A stretch of DNA of 64,000 nt from an uncultured Candidatus Saccharibacteria bacterium (GCA_964532425.1 CAZHIA010000002.1:13945-77944), one strand, 5' to 3'; counted from the first letter of the stretch, positions 1 through 9,893 are shown. Numbers and translations: made by a program. Notes: generated by a model from the letters alone, not told the origin.

Positions 1-204
1 ACTTGCCTGCTTCTCATAAGCGGCACGTTCGTTTCCAGCTTTATCGGCAACGAAATTATCATGACCGGCTTGCGCGGTGAGAAGAAGCTGACCGAAAGGA
101 CTGAGACCGAGATGCGGACCGAAGTCAGTGCCATTGCGGACATTAAGGAAAAACTGGACACGGTCCTGAAGCGATTGGATGAAATAGAAAAAAAGACGAA
201 ATGA
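1..204 (+). CDS. 3' end of a hypothetical (probably membrane) protein, partial
   Basis: Frame 1 is open from the window edge to TGA at 202-204 (TCLLLISGTFVSSFIGNEIIMTGLRGEKKL...EIEKKTK) and is followed by a terminator. Confidence 0.6.
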   Translation, partial: TCLLLISGTFVSSFIGNEIIMTGLRGEKKLTERTETEMRTEVSAIADIKEKLDTVLKRLDEIEKKTK

Positions 205-208
205 TTAC

Positions 209-230
209 GCAGCCCGAAAGGGCTGCTTTT
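209..230 (+). terminator. Rho-independent terminator
   Basis: GCAGCCC-GAAA-GGGCTGC followed by TTTT. Confidence 0.8.
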
Positions 231-262
231 AAATTTACTAAGCCATGAGCCATGCTTATATT

Positions 263-367
263 AATGTCAAATGACAAATATCAAATTACAAATCAATTTC
301 AAATTATATAATTTCAAATTTGACATTAGGATTTGATTTGAAATTTGATATTTAAAATTTGTCATTT
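263..367. repeat. Tandem-unit inverted-arm intergenic element (7-nt units tNNcaaa / tttgNNa)
   Basis: tgtcaaa tgacaaa tatcaaa ttacaaa ... tttgaaa tttgata tttaaaa tttgtca. Confidence 0.7.
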
Positions 368-461
368 AAGCCTTAAGAAATTACCAGAATTTCCCCTGTC
401 CAACACGGTGTTGACTAAACCTTTTTACTCAGTTATACTGCCCAATCCACAGGAGGAAACT

Positions 462-1178
462 ATGGGATCGCTCGTTATCACCCCCACCGACACAGACATC
501 TTTATCGCGCACAAGAAGCTGTATAGTTCGCTCCGCTACTGGTTGCTCGGGAAGGAGTATCATAATGCCTCCCGCGCCCTGAACTTCGCCGCCAAGTGGC
601 ATAACAAGGTCCGCAAGGACGGCAAGACTCCGGAATTCGACCACCAGCTGCGAATTTGCCACTATATCCGCACCCTGCCGAAGCTGCTGTACCCGGAAGA
701 GACCATCACCACCGGCCTGTTGCATGATGTGGTCGAAGACTATGACGTCACCATCAACCAGATTGCGGATCTGTTCGCTGACCGCGCATTTGCGATGCGG
801 GTCAGTCACTCCACCTGGCTGGTCACCAAAAAGAAAGACGGCGAAGGCAAGTCAGCGCAGTTCTACTACGGGGAAATGTCGTCCGACCCGATCGCTTCAA
901 TAGTCAAAGGCGCGGATCGCGGCCACAATTTCCAGACCATGGTCGAAGTCTTCACGCTCGAAAAGCAACGGGAGTACATCGCAGAAGCAGAAGCCTACAT
1001 TCTGCCGATGCTCAAACGAGCCCGCCGCCTGTTTCCCGAACAGGAACCGGCGTACGAAAACATCAAGCATGTTCTCGTCTCGCAGATCGAGCTGATCCGG
1101 CATATTCATGCCGCTGCAGCTGCCGCCAACCGGCAGCCGCGACAGGCGGTGCGCCGGCCAGCGAAGAAGGCGAAGTAG
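462..1178 (+). CDS. HD-domain hydrolase, RelA/SpoT hydrolase (Mesh1/small alarmone hydrolase)-like
   Basis: FAAKWH..RKDGKTP..H, LLHDVVED and VKGADRGHN motifs. AGGAGG at 451-456 favours ATG 462 over the ORF-track start at 345. Confidence 0.75.
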   Translation: MGSLVITPTDTDIFIAHKKLYSSLRYWLLGKEYHNASRALNFAAKWHNKVRKDGKTPEFDHQLRICHYIRTLPKLLYPEETITTGLLHDVVEDYDVTINQIADLFADRAFAMRVSHSTWLVTKKKDGEGKSAQFYYGEMSSDPIASIVKGADRGHNFQTMVEVFTLEKQREYIAEAEAYILPMLKRARRLFPEQEPAYENIKHVLVSQIELIRHIHAAAAAANRQPRQAVRRPAKKAK

Positions 1179-1280
1179 CAAACAAGCCGTCCCGACGCGT
1201 CTGGACGGCTTTTATCACAAGTATAAACCTCCAACGTCCAGTAGTATGGTAAGATGTAGTTGACTATTAACCGGATACCC

Positions 1281-1883
1281 ATGAACGGAACATTCAACAT
1301 CCTCGCGTTTTGCGGCAGCTTGCGCAAAGGTTCGTACAACATGTCACTCCTGCAAGCCGCACAAAAACTTGCTCCGGAAAATACCAAAATCGAAATATTC
1401 GATATCAGCACCTTCCCTTTGTTTAACCAGGATCTCGAACACAATATGCCTGCACCGGTGCTGGAATTCAAACAGAAAATCAAAGCTGCCGACGCCGTGC
1501 TTATTTCCTCGCCGGAATATAATTACTCAATCCCGGGCGTACTCAAGAATGCCATTGACTGGGCCTCGCGCCCATACGGCGACAGCGCGTTCGAGGACAA
1601 GCCGGTAGCCATTATGAGCACCTCTACCGGCATGCTGGGCGGGTCGCGCGCGCAATACCATCTGCGCCAGGTCTTCGTCTTTTTAAATGCCCACCTGCTC
1701 AACAAGCCGGAGGTCATTGTCCCGAATGCCGCGGAAAAATTCGACGAACAGGGCAGACTGAAAGACCTTAAGACGTGTGACAAAATTTCAGAGCTGCTTA
1801 CAGCCCTCTCTGCCTGGGCCGAACGCCTCCACACCCAGCCCCAGCCAGCCCGCCAGCAACAAAAGCAAACAGAAAAGAAATAA
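1281..1883 (+). CDS. NADPH-dependent FMN reductase (ChrR/SsuE-like flavoprotein)
   Basis: GSLRKGSYN, SPEYNYSIPGVLKNAIDWASRP and GGSRAQYHLRQ motifs. Confidence 0.9.
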   Translation: MNGTFNILAFCGSLRKGSYNMSLLQAAQKLAPENTKIEIFDISTFPLFNQDLEHNMPAPVLEFKQKIKAADAVLISSPEYNYSIPGVLKNAIDWASRPYGDSAFEDKPVAIMSTSTGMLGGSRAQYHLRQVFVFLNAHLLNKPEVIVPNAAEKFDEQGRLKDLKTCDKISELLTALSAWAERLHTQPQPARQQQKQTEKK

Positions 1884-1885
1884 AT

Positions 1886-1919
1886 AATCCCCTTGAGGAC
1901 GGTCCTCAAGGGGATTTTT
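1886..1919. terminator. Probable bidirectional terminator between convergent genes
   Basis: AATCCCCTTGAGGAC-G-GTCCTCAAGGGGATT followed by T run. Confidence 0.7.
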
Positions 1920-1928
1920 GTATTCAAG

Positions 1929-2417
1929 TCATTGGAAACTTTTCAGCTGCCGTTCGATCTCGAGAATCTGATTCGTGATCGGAAACAGGCAAGCGTCGAC
2001 CAGGCGACGACTGACCATAAGTCCCTTTTGGGCGAACGCGCCGATCATTTCATCCACACAATCAATAGAACGTCCTTTGTACGTAAGACCAAGAGTGTTA
2101 CGGCTGGTCACCGACCAATTTCGTGGCAGTTCGATCGTTACTTTGGCAAAGGTAAGATCGCCACTGTACAGCCAATTAAACTCGAAAGCACAAACCAGAT
2201 AGCAAACACCTTCAAATGTTACCTGATGATCAATTGATCGGATCAGGAAAGGCTTGGCGTGGTACACGACCGGCAACGGATCCGGCTCGCGGGCCCTGGC
2301 CAGCTCCTTGGGCCCAGACACTGCTATGGGTGGCTTGGCAGGGGAAGGCTTTTCACTTATTGTCACTGCCGTCTTCCGATTATCCCTCTTGTCATCGAAC
2401 AACCTGATCAAATCCAT
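1929..2417 (-). CDS. Hypothetical protein
   Basis: 162-aa ORF with AGGAGG upstream, last gene of a minus-strand run. Confidence 0.6.
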   Translation of the reverse strand: MDLIRLFDDKRDNRKTAVTISEKPSPAKPPIAVSGPKELARAREPDPLPVVYHAKPFLIRSIDHQVTFEGVCYLVCAFEFNWLYSGDLTFAKVTIELPRNWSVTSRNTLGLTYKGRSIDCVDEMIGAFAQKGLMVSRRLVDACLFPITNQILEIERQLKSFQ

Positions 2418-2475
2418 AGCCCCTCCTGTTTAGACTTGGTGTTACCGAAGGCTTGAAGGCAGCCTTCAAGGGGAT

Positions 2476-2817
2476 TCAAATTCCGCAACAAGTTTTCATA
2501 ATGAGAGTATGGATACCCCAAAACACCGATCCTATTCCGCATAACGCACCTCCCAAAGCGATCCCAGGAAACAGAATAGTTGGACTGTTCCAAAGCAAAT
2601 CCTGGAACCCTGACCATATCAGGCAGATCAGACTTTGATCCGGTGAGGCGACCCTCAGTCCATCCCGTCTGCCGTAACCAAAGGCCATAATCGTGAGCAC
2701 GCCATGTATCACCAAAAATAACTCAAGCCACCGGCAGGGAGTAATAGCCACCAACGCGCCCTCGAAAACAATTAACGCAAGATTTTCACGTGCGTACTTA
2801 ACTATGAGAGCAATCAT
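2476..2817 (-). CDS. Hypothetical membrane protein
   Basis: Hydrophobic ORF. Start taken at MIALIV (GGAG upstream), overlapping the previous gene end. Confidence 0.5.
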   Translation of the reverse strand: MIALIVKYARENLALIVFEGALVAITPCRWLELFLVIHGVLTIMAFGYGRRDGLRVASPDQSLICLIWSGFQDLLWNSPTILFPGIALGGALCGIGSVFWGIHTLIMKTCCGI

Positions 2818-3040
2818 TTTTCTTCTCCCATTTCTCATACTTCCAATGTGCTTCAATCAAAAATTGTGCACCCGGGAAACCGAACAAAAATACTAGTGCC
2901 AGGATCACAATTCCCAACCCTCCTTGCCGAGCCAGCTGCTTACCCAACTCACCCACTAGCAGCCAAATCACAACTCCAACATAGGCCGCATAAAGAGCCA
3001 ATCCAGCCAGAAGCGGCCTACGGTAATACCAGCGAGACAT
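2798..3040 (-). CDS. Hypothetical small membrane protein
   Basis: Two hydrophobic segments, GAGGAGG upstream of ATG. Confidence 0.6.
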   Translation of the reverse strand: MSRWYYRRPLLAGLALYAAYVGVVIWLLVGELGKQLARQGGLGIVILALVFLFGFPGAQFLIEAHWKYEKWEKKNDCSHS

Positions 3041-3198
3041 ACTTCCTCCTCTAGTGTTGAATTTTGTTACATACTGTAACTCAGGAGTATATATTGTTGA
3101 TTTATTGTTGTAAATAATGTAGTATATAAAGTGTCAGAATGTACAACACTTTAACTTACCCCTAACCCCTATCTTTAGAAAAGAGAGCAGGATCGAGT

Positions 3199-3936
3199 AT
3201 GAGCATAGAGAACCTTCTCACCAACATCGGGCTTTCCAAGGTAGAATCCCAGGTATATTTGGCAGCTCTGGAACTCGGCACTTCCCTGCCGAAACATCTA
3301 GCCGAAAAGGCCGGCGTAAAACGGCCGACACTCTATGAACTGCTTCCCCGTCTGTTTGAGCATGGGTTATTGTCTGAAACCGTCATAGGCAAACGCAGAT
3401 TTTTAGTTGCAGAGGATCCTGAGGCTTTTCTCGATAAGAAGCAGTCCGAACTGCAACAATTGCAGCAGGCCGTGCCCCAGCTTCAATTATTATTGGCAAC
3501 GGCATCCATCAAGCCCAATATTATCTTTTATGAAGGAGTCGAGGGTTTAAAAAAAATCTATTTGGACAACCTGCGCGTTGGTCAGTCAACACTGGAGCTC
3601 GTCGGCATCGAACAGATCCAGCCGGAGATCGAGCGTTATATTGACCAGTACTACATTCCGCTGCGCGTGAAACGCAGGATCCCGCTCAAAATGCTCATCT
3701 CCGGAGAAGCCAAAACCGGTATTTGGAATTTAAAAAGCAACCCCGCACTGCTCAGGGAAGTTAAAACCATCGGTAAAGATGTTTGCCCGGTACCGCTCGA
3801 CTGCAACATTTATGGCGATAATGTCTCCTTCGCCCTCTACCGAAAGGATAGCGAACCGATTGGACTAATTATCAGGTCCAAAGAAATTGCGACGACCATG
3901 CGGTCTATTTACAATTTCCTCTGGGATAAGTCTTAA
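3199..3936 (+). CDS. TrmB-family transcriptional regulator
   Basis: N-terminal wHTH (GLSKVESQVYLAALELG..AGVKRPTLY) plus FYEGVEG and IYGDNV effector-domain motifs. Confidence 0.85.
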   Translation: MSIENLLTNIGLSKVESQVYLAALELGTSLPKHLAEKAGVKRPTLYELLPRLFEHGLLSETVIGKRRFLVAEDPEAFLDKKQSELQQLQQAVPQLQLLLATASIKPNIIFYEGVEGLKKIYLDNLRVGQSTLELVGIEQIQPEIERYIDQYYIPLRVKRRIPLKMLISGEAKTGIWNLKSNPALLREVKTIGKDVCPVPLDCNIYGDNVSFALYRKDSEPIGLIIRSKEIATTMRSIYNFLWDKS

Positions 3937-4039
3937 ACCTCTCCCGGCGGTCAAAACGCTTGAACTTGATTTTTCCTGTCATTTCCCGTATACTTAACAA
4001 AGTCAATTACTACAGATGTAGGCCACACTCGAAAACATG

Positions 4040-4061
4040 GCAGGCCACGGGCCTGCACTAC
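4040..4061 (-). repeat. GTAG-type REP-like palindrome
   Basis: Reverse complement GTAGTGCAGGCCCGTGGCCTGC, near-identical copy at 48620-48641. Confidence 0.6.
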
Positions 4062-4111
4062 ATTCATAACGAGTCATTTAAACACATAATTATCGAAGGT
4101 GCGCGGTACCC

Positions 4112-4152
4112 ATCAGCGTAATATCAGCGTACCTATCAGCGTTTTATCGGCG
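4112..4152. repeat. ATCAGCG tandem units (single arm) just before infB ATG
   Basis: atcagcg at 4112, 4123 and 4135, atcggcg at 4146. Confidence 0.6.
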
Positions 4153-4159
4153 GTCATTT

Positions 4160-6091
4160 ATGAATCTCTCTTCGCTTTCCTCAGAACTCAATATGTCCAT
4201 TCAAGAGCTTCGCTCGCAGGCGCGTGCGAAGGGATTTTTCATTTCCGACAAAGCGAACAAAATTGATAACTACCTTGCCAAAAAAATAGTAGAAGCCTTG
4301 CGGCCGGACGTTGCAGCCCGCCACCAGCCCCAGACCAATGGCAAGCCGAAAAAAGTTAAACTCCCCACTTTTATTAAAGTCCGCGACTTTGCCGTACTCT
4401 TAGAACTTCCCGTTACGAGTGTCATCAAAGTCCTCATCCAGAACGGAGTCATGGCCACCATTAACGAAGAGATCGATTTCGACACTGCCGCGATTGTGGC
4501 CGGCGATCTTGGATTCGAAGTGGAAAGCCAGGCTGACCAGTCTACCCAGGAAATCGGTCTTGGGTACTTGCAAGAAGTACTCAAAGCTGAAAAAGAAGAA
4601 GACCTGCGGCCCCGGCCGCCAATCGTCGCTATTATGGGACACGTCGACCACGGTAAGACCACCCTGCTCGACACCATCCGCAAGACCAATGTGGCGGCAG
4701 GGGAGTCCGGCGGCATTACCCAGCACATTGGTGCCTACCAGGTTAAAAAGAACGGCAAGACCATTACCTTTTTGGATACTCCGGGCCATGAAGCGTTTTC
4801 GGAAATGCGCGCCCGCGGCGCCAACGTGACCGACTTAATCGTATTGGTCGTAGCAGCCGATGACGGCGTGCGCCCGCAAACCCTGGAAGTCATCAATCGC
4901 GCCAAGTTTACCAACACGCCGATGATCGTGGCCATCAACAAGATCGACAAGCCCGAAGCCAACATCATGCGCGTCAAGCAGGAACTGGCCGGCCAGGGCG
5001 TGCTCACCGAAGAATGGGGTGGCAAAACCATCGCAGTGGAAATCTCCGCCAAGCAAGGCATTGGCCTCGACAATCTTTTGGAAATGATCCTGCTTACTGC
5101 CGAAATTGAGAACTTCCGCGCCAATCCACACGGCAAGACCATCGGTACTATCATCGAATCGAAAATGACCCATGGTAAGGGCTCGACTGCGTCCGTTATA
5201 GTCCAGAATGGCACACTCCGCGTGGGAGATATAATTGTAGCCGGCGCAGCCTATGGACGCATTCGCTCGCTCGATGACGAAAACGGCCGCAAGCTTAAGG
5301 AAGCCGGGCCGTCCTGTGCTGCGCAGATCTCGGGTTTTTCCGAAGTTCCGCAAGCGGGCGACATTCTTCAGACCATGCCAACTCTGGATGAAGCTAAACA
5401 AATCGCCATTGCCGCCCAGAAACGCGCCCAGAGCCACCGTTTGCATGCACGCCAAATCCTGCAAGGAGACGCGGAAAGCAAAACCTTGAATTTGATTATC
5501 AAAGCCGATGTCGCCGGTTCTTTGGAAGCCATTAAACAGTCCATTGGAAAACTGAAGAACGACGAAGTAAAGATCAATATCTTAAGCGAAGGCGTTGGTG
5601 AAGTGAACGAGTCGGATATTATGCTGGCAGACAACTCCAAAGCAAGCATTATTGCCTTCCGAAGCAAAGTAAACCCCAAAGCCGCAAATCTCGCCAAGCA
5701 AAAAAATACACTGGTCGACACGTATGATGTCATTTACGAGCTGATCGAAGATGTTACCTCAGCGGTCATTAAGATGTTCACGCCGGAATTGGAAAAGATC
5801 AGTTATGGCACGGCCAAGGTTCTTGCCATTTTCCGCACGGAAAAGAATCAAATGATCATCGGCGGCCGGGTCGAACAGGGCGAACTCCGCAAGAACGGGC
5901 AGATTGGCATCAACCGCGACGGCGCCGAAGTTGGCCGCGGAGAAATTTTAGAACTTCAGCACAGCAAGGTAGTCACCAAGAATGTCCAAAGCGGTGAAGA
6001 ATTCGGCATCAAGATTAAGACCAACGTGAAAATCAAGGAAGGGGACACTCTGGAGAGCTTCGAAGAAAAGATCAAGCAGAAGACACTGTAA
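4160..6091 (+). CDS. infB: Translation initiation factor IF-2
   Basis: [30 protein letters not shown] and NKID GTPase motifs. Confidence 0.98.
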   Translation: MNLSSLSSELNMSIQELRSQARAKGFFISDKANKIDNYLAKKIVEALRPDVAARHQPQTNGKPKKVKLPTFIKVRDFAVLLELPVTSVIKVLIQNGVMATINEEIDFDTAAIVAGDLGFEVESQADQSTQEIGLGYLQEVLKAEKEEDLRPRPPIVAIMGHVDHGKTTLLDTIRKTNVAAGESGGITQHIGAYQVKKNGKTITFLDTPGHEAFSEMRARGANVTDLIVLVVAADDGVRPQTLEVINRAKFTNTPMIVAINKIDKPEANIMRVKQELAGQGVLTEEWGGKTIAVEISAKQGIGLDNLLEMILLTAEIENFRANPHGKTIGTIIESKMTHGKGSTASVIVQNGTLRVGDIIVAGAAYGRIRSLDDENGRKLKEAGPSCAAQISGFSEVPQAGDILQTMPTLDEAKQIAIAAQKRAQSHRLHARQILQGDAESKTLNLIIKADVAGSLEAIKQSIGKLKNDEVKINILSEGVGEVNESDIMLADNSKASIIAFRSKVNPKAANLAKQKNTLVDTYDVIYELIEDVTSAVIKMFTPELEKISYGTAKVLAIFRTEKNQMIIGGRVEQGELRKNGQIGINRDGAEVGRGEILELQHSKVVTKNVQSGEEFGIKIKTNVKIKEGDTLESFEEKIKQKTL

Positions 6092-6279
6092 GATCACAGA
6101 TGCGCAGATAAGCACTGATTACACTGATTAAAAACTACCACCTTAGGTGGTAGTTTTTAAATATAGACGAACCCTAATGAAAACTTTTCCTGTAGGAAGC
6201 AGATGGTTTCCATTCGTCAGCGATTATTCAGCCTGCCTGCCGGTAGGCAGGCGTACCAGTCAGCGACCCATCAGCGGTC
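6092..6279. repeat. Tandem-unit inverted-arm element (cactgat / atcagcg) containing a hairpin and a CCTGCC..GGCAGG palindrome
   Basis: Left arm cacagat, cgcagat, cactgat x2. Right arm gtcagcg/atcagcg. Palindrome at 6231-6252. Confidence 0.6.
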
Positions 6280-6353
6280 TAGGACTTGCCATACCCGCGT
6301 TTTCCTGCTACACTGGTAAGTCAAATCTAAATTTTGCGTAGTATAATGTAACT

Positions 6354-6716
6354 ATGAAGCAACCAAAGAAAGACATAAACCGCATAGCCAAGGTCAATTC
6401 ACTTATAGAGCACGAGCTCGGACCGATTCTGCACGAACACTTGGAAGGCGAGCCTGGCCTCGTTACCATTTCCAAAGTCGAAACCAGCGGAGATATGCGC
6501 TGGGCTAAGATTTGGATCTCGATTTTCGGCGGGGATGACGAGAAAATCCTTAAGCTGATCCATGACAACATTTACGATATACAAGGTGCGCTCAATGAAC
6601 ATTTCACCACAAAGATTATTCCGCGGCTCCAATTCTTTTTAGATACGACGCCGCGCCATGCCCAGCATATTGACGAGCTGATCAGAGAAATAAAATCGGA
6701 AGACAAACACGACTGA
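6354..6716 (+). CDS. rbfA: Ribosome-binding factor A
   Basis: RIAKVNSLI..EL, VTISKVETSGD and IPRLQFFLD motifs, downstream of infB. Confidence 0.92.
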   Translation: MKQPKKDINRIAKVNSLIEHELGPILHEHLEGEPGLVTISKVETSGDMRWAKIWISIFGGDDEKILKLIHDNIYDIQGALNEHFTTKIIPRLQFFLDTTPRHAQHIDELIREIKSEDKHD

Positions 6717-6755
6717 GAATAAGAATATATTAAGGAAGCAGTCTTTTAGAATTGT

Positions 6756-7712
6756 ATGGCACTCGAATCCGAATTCCAGCAGGCCCGCGGCATCATTGAT
6801 GCATCCTCCGATATCATCCTCACCATGCATGAACGCATGGACGGCGACGACGGTGGCAGCCTCTTAGCAATGCGGGAGCATCTCACCGCCGCGGGCAAAC
6901 GGGTGACCTGTGTGATCAAGCGGGGAGTGCCGCCGCAGCTGAAATTCCTGCCGAACCATCATGAGATACAGGATGACGCCGACCGGAACGATTTTGACCT
7001 GCTCATCACCTTTGGCTGCGCAACATTGGACCGCACCGGCAGCAGCGCCATTGCCGGCCTTTCCTGCCCCATTCTCAATTTCGACCACCATCCTGACAAC
7101 AGCTACTTCGGCAAGGTTAATGTCGTCGACAAGCGCAAGTCATCGGTTGCAGAGCTCGTGTATGACTTCTTCACCTGGCACCAAATTCCTATAACGAAAA
7201 ATATGGCCGTCTGCCTGCTGACCGGCATCATTACGGACACCGGATCGTTCATGCACAGCAACACATCAGCTTCCACCCTCAAAGCTGCCGCCGAACTGAC
7301 CAAACGGGGAGCATTGGCAGACAAGATCATCAAGGAAACGTTCAAGAACAAAACACCACAGATCCTGCGGGCCTGGGGCCGGGCCATCGAGAACTCGTAT
7401 TACGATGCCGAGCATAAGATTATTTACTCGGTTGTGACTGAGGATGACCTCCACGACCTTGGACAGCTCCCGCCGGCCGCATTCGAAGGGTTTGCGGAAA
7501 CTTTAAATACCGTGCCTGAAGCGAAATTCGTCATGTTCCTTCGCCAGGACGGCAACCTCATTAAAGGAAGCTTGCGCACTGACAGCTTCAAGAATGTCGA
7601 TGTGGCCGCTATTGCCAAAGCTTTCGGCGGCGGGGGACACAAGCAGGCAGCCGGGTTCTCTGTAGCCGGCAAACTGGTCAAAGACGAAAACGGCATGTGG
7701 AGAGCCCAATAA
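6756..7712 (+). CDS. DHH/DHHA1 phosphoesterase (NrnA-like)
   Basis: H..DGDD, DHH, GIITDTGSF and GGGGHKQAAG motifs, follows rbfA. Confidence 0.9.
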   Translation: MALESEFQQARGIIDASSDIILTMHERMDGDDGGSLLAMREHLTAAGKRVTCVIKRGVPPQLKFLPNHHEIQDDADRNDFDLLITFGCATLDRTGSSAIAGLSCPILNFDHHPDNSYFGKVNVVDKRKSSVAELVYDFFTWHQIPITKNMAVCLLTGIITDTGSFMHSNTSASTLKAAAELTKRGALADKIIKETFKNKTPQILRAWGRAIENSYYDAEHKIIYSVVTEDDLHDLGQLPPAAFEGFAETLNTVPEAKFVMFLRQDGNLIKGSLRTDSFKNVDVAAIAKAFGGGGHKQAAGFSVAGKLVKDENGMWRAQ

Positions 7713-7760
7713 ATATTCTGTCTCCGGCAGTGTGCAATCCGGCCCAGCGCCGGGGGTAGA

Positions 7761-7961
7761 ATGGAGAGACGGATTCTAATGATGATTGACCATGCGGTCC
7801 TGGGAACCGGACTGGGTGTCATGGGAGGTTTGCTGCTCAGCAAATTTTTACCGAAGAACGCGCCTCGCAAACTGCGCAAGGATGAGCTTAACTCCGCCGA
7901 AGATACCGCCAGGCGACAACGGAATGCTTCCGAAAGCATGTTCGATCCGCTCGAAGAGTGA
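7761..7961 (+). CDS. Small hypothetical membrane-anchored protein
   Basis: 66-aa ORF with one hydrophobic segment. Confidence 0.45.
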   Translation: MERRILMMIDHAVLGTGLGVMGGLLLSKFLPKNAPRKLRKDELNSAEDTARRQRNASESMFDPLEE

Positions 7962-7983
7962 CATTACATAACCAGGAGGATGT

Positions 7984-8124
7984 ATGATTTGGAAGCTATA
8001 CCGGAAGATTGTCTATACATGTAAAAGTTTTTGGCACCGGCAGCCTTCCGTAGGCGCCCAATACATGCGATACCTGGACTACGAACAATCAAAACGAGTC
8101 GGCTGGACCATGTACCAGCGCTAA
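7984..8124 (+). CDS. Small hypothetical protein (46 aa, not in ORF track)
   Basis: AGGAGG at 7974-7979, MIWKLYRKIVYTCKSFWHRQPSVGAQYMRYLDYEQSKRVGWTMYQR, terminator at ~8137-8172. Confidence 0.45.
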   Translation: MIWKLYRKIVYTCKSFWHRQPSVGAQYMRYLDYEQSKRVGWTMYQR

Positions 8125-8320
8125 CAATGAACACTACCGTCCTGAGCCCTTAAAGGTTCAGGCGGTTTTTTTATGAGTATCAAATACGAGACCACTCTGC
8201 TTGTCCAGCTAAGGCCTATCTACCGGTTTCGACTCCGAGACTGCTCAGGCGCAAGGGGCAGAAGGCGATACAATTATGATAAATTCGGAGTATGCACTAA
8301 AAAAGGACGCGGGTGCGTCC

Positions 8321-8959
8321 TTAGAGGGTGGCCGGTGTGGCCGAGGGTTGGCTGAGTGCGGTATCGGTCTTGGGAGTGATGAATCCTAGCTCCCGAAAAT
8401 ACTGCAACAGCTGGCTGCTCTGGTAGGCGATGCGAACTCGGTAGCCGTGGTCATTGAGCAGATCAGGGCCGCCGGCTTCGCAGTCAAGCAGGGCGATAAT
8501 GGCGGCAATTTTCAATCCGGCAGATTCGGCAAGCTCGCAGATCTGCAGCGATGTAGTGCCGGTGACGATGATGTCTTCCACGAGTAGAACCGTGTCTCCT
8601 GGCTGAAAGTGGCCATCGACGTGGCGATTGTGGCCGTTAAACCCATGCAGGTTAAAACGGATAAGCTGACGGTTGAGGTCGTTGGCCATGAGAGCCGCGA
8701 TCGGCCCGATGCCACTGGAAACTTCGCCGAAGTGCTGAAATTTGATCCCGTTGGCCAGTTGCCAGAATTTGGAGAAGACCAGTTGGGTCGCTCCGGGATC
8801 GCCGAACAATTGGCGGAGATAAAAGTAATGGTCGACAGTGCGGGTATCGTGAGGGCTCAATCTAAACGTTCCCAATTCCAGGCAGCCGGTCGTAAAGATG
8901 GATCTAGCCAGCTGTTTTGAAGCCAGCGTGTGCTCGGAAATCGGCAGAGCAGAACCCAT
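8321..8959 (-). CDS. Type I phosphoribosyltransferase, divergent orotate PRTase-like
   Basis: PRPP-binding motif VLLVEDIIVTGTT and G.F.L N-terminus. The usual basic catalytic loop is not conserved. Confidence 0.75.
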   Translation of the reverse strand: MGSALPISEHTLASKQLARSIFTTGCLELGTFRLSPHDTRTVDHYFYLRQLFGDPGATQLVFSKFWQLANGIKFQHFGEVSSGIGPIAALMANDLNRQLIRFNLHGFNGHNRHVDGHFQPGDTVLLVEDIIVTGTTSLQICELAESAGLKIAAIIALLDCEAGGPDLLNDHGYRVRIAYQSSQLLQYFRELGFITPKTDTALSQPSATPATL

Positions 8960-9070
8960 GAAAGCCTCCTTTATTCTCTTGATATCGTACTCTCCCTGAA
9001 ACCAAACTGCAATAGGAGCACTTGAAAAAAATAGCTCTAAGCGGTATAATAGATGAGCATTATATGAAAA

Positions 9071-9157
9071 GCCCGGGTGGCGAAATTGGCAGACGCACTA
9101 CCTTGAGGTGGTAGCGGCCGCAAGGCTGTGGGAGTTCGAATCTCCCCTCGGGCACCA
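9071..9157 (+). tRNA. tRNA-Leu(GAG)
   Basis: GCCCGGG acceptor, ctacc-ttGAGgt-ggtag anticodon arm, long variable arm, GTTCGAATC, CCA end. Confidence 0.95.
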
Positions 9158-9266
9158 TGAAAAATACTCTACCTAAAGGTAGAGTATTTTTCATGGTGAG
9201 CAGAGGTTTAATAATTATACTTCCGGCTGTATTGAAAACATCATTTCATATCGCTATACTAGATTC

Positions 9267-9593
9267 ATGTCCACTACATTCAAAAGAACCACAGAAAACT
9301 TCATCTGCGGCAATTGCAAGAAAAAAGTCAAAGGCAACGGGTATACCAACCACTGCCCGTTTTGCCTCTGGAGCAAGCACGTGGACAACCATCCGGGCGA
9401 CCGAGCCAACACCTGCGGCGGCATGATGGAGCCGGTTAGTTATACCCTTGAAAAGAACCAATATCACATCATTTTCCGCTGCCAAAAGTGTGACACCTTC
9501 AAACGTAATAAATTTCAGGAAGGCGATAACTTCGAAGCTCTCTTAAAACTTGCCCAACAAACTGCGGATAAATTTTCAAAAAACACCCCTTGA
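9267..9593 (+). CDS. RNHCP-domain zinc-binding protein
   Basis: ENFICGNC..YTNHCPFCLWSKHVD..PGDRA..CGG.M..C..C. Confidence 0.85.
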   Translation: MSTTFKRTTENFICGNCKKKVKGNGYTNHCPFCLWSKHVDNHPGDRANTCGGMMEPVSYTLEKNQYHIIFRCQKCDTFKRNKFQEGDNFEALLKLAQQTADKFSKNTP

Positions 9594-9623
9594 TGAACGA
9601 GGGGTGTTTTAATGTACCGCAAG

Positions 9624-9893
9624 CTATTTAATCGTTCCTGGTCGGGTAGAGGGGGAAAGCTGTGGGGGAGCAGATTGCGGGGATGTTCGGTGGAGCATGA
9701 AATATATAACCATCAAAAATCCAACCAGAATACCAATAGCCAGACCGATCTCGATTTTAGAAACGCTCCGCCGGCCAGTGGAAACAGGAAAAACAGTCTG
9801 TTGAATTTGCGGCTGATTGGCCGATCCGGTAAGGATCGACTGGGAATTCCTAAAGTCAGCTGCATTCTCGTCGAATTCCTGGTTAGTGTCCAT
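9624..9893 (-). CDS. Small single-TM hypothetical protein
   Basis: 89 aa with one TM segment, starts 4 nt after the pilin-like gene stop. Confidence 0.55.
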   Translation of the reverse strand: MDTNQEFDENAADFRNSQSILTGSANQPQIQQTVFPVSTGRRSVSKIEIGLAIGILVGFLMVIYFMLHRTSPQSAPPQLSPSTRPGTIK

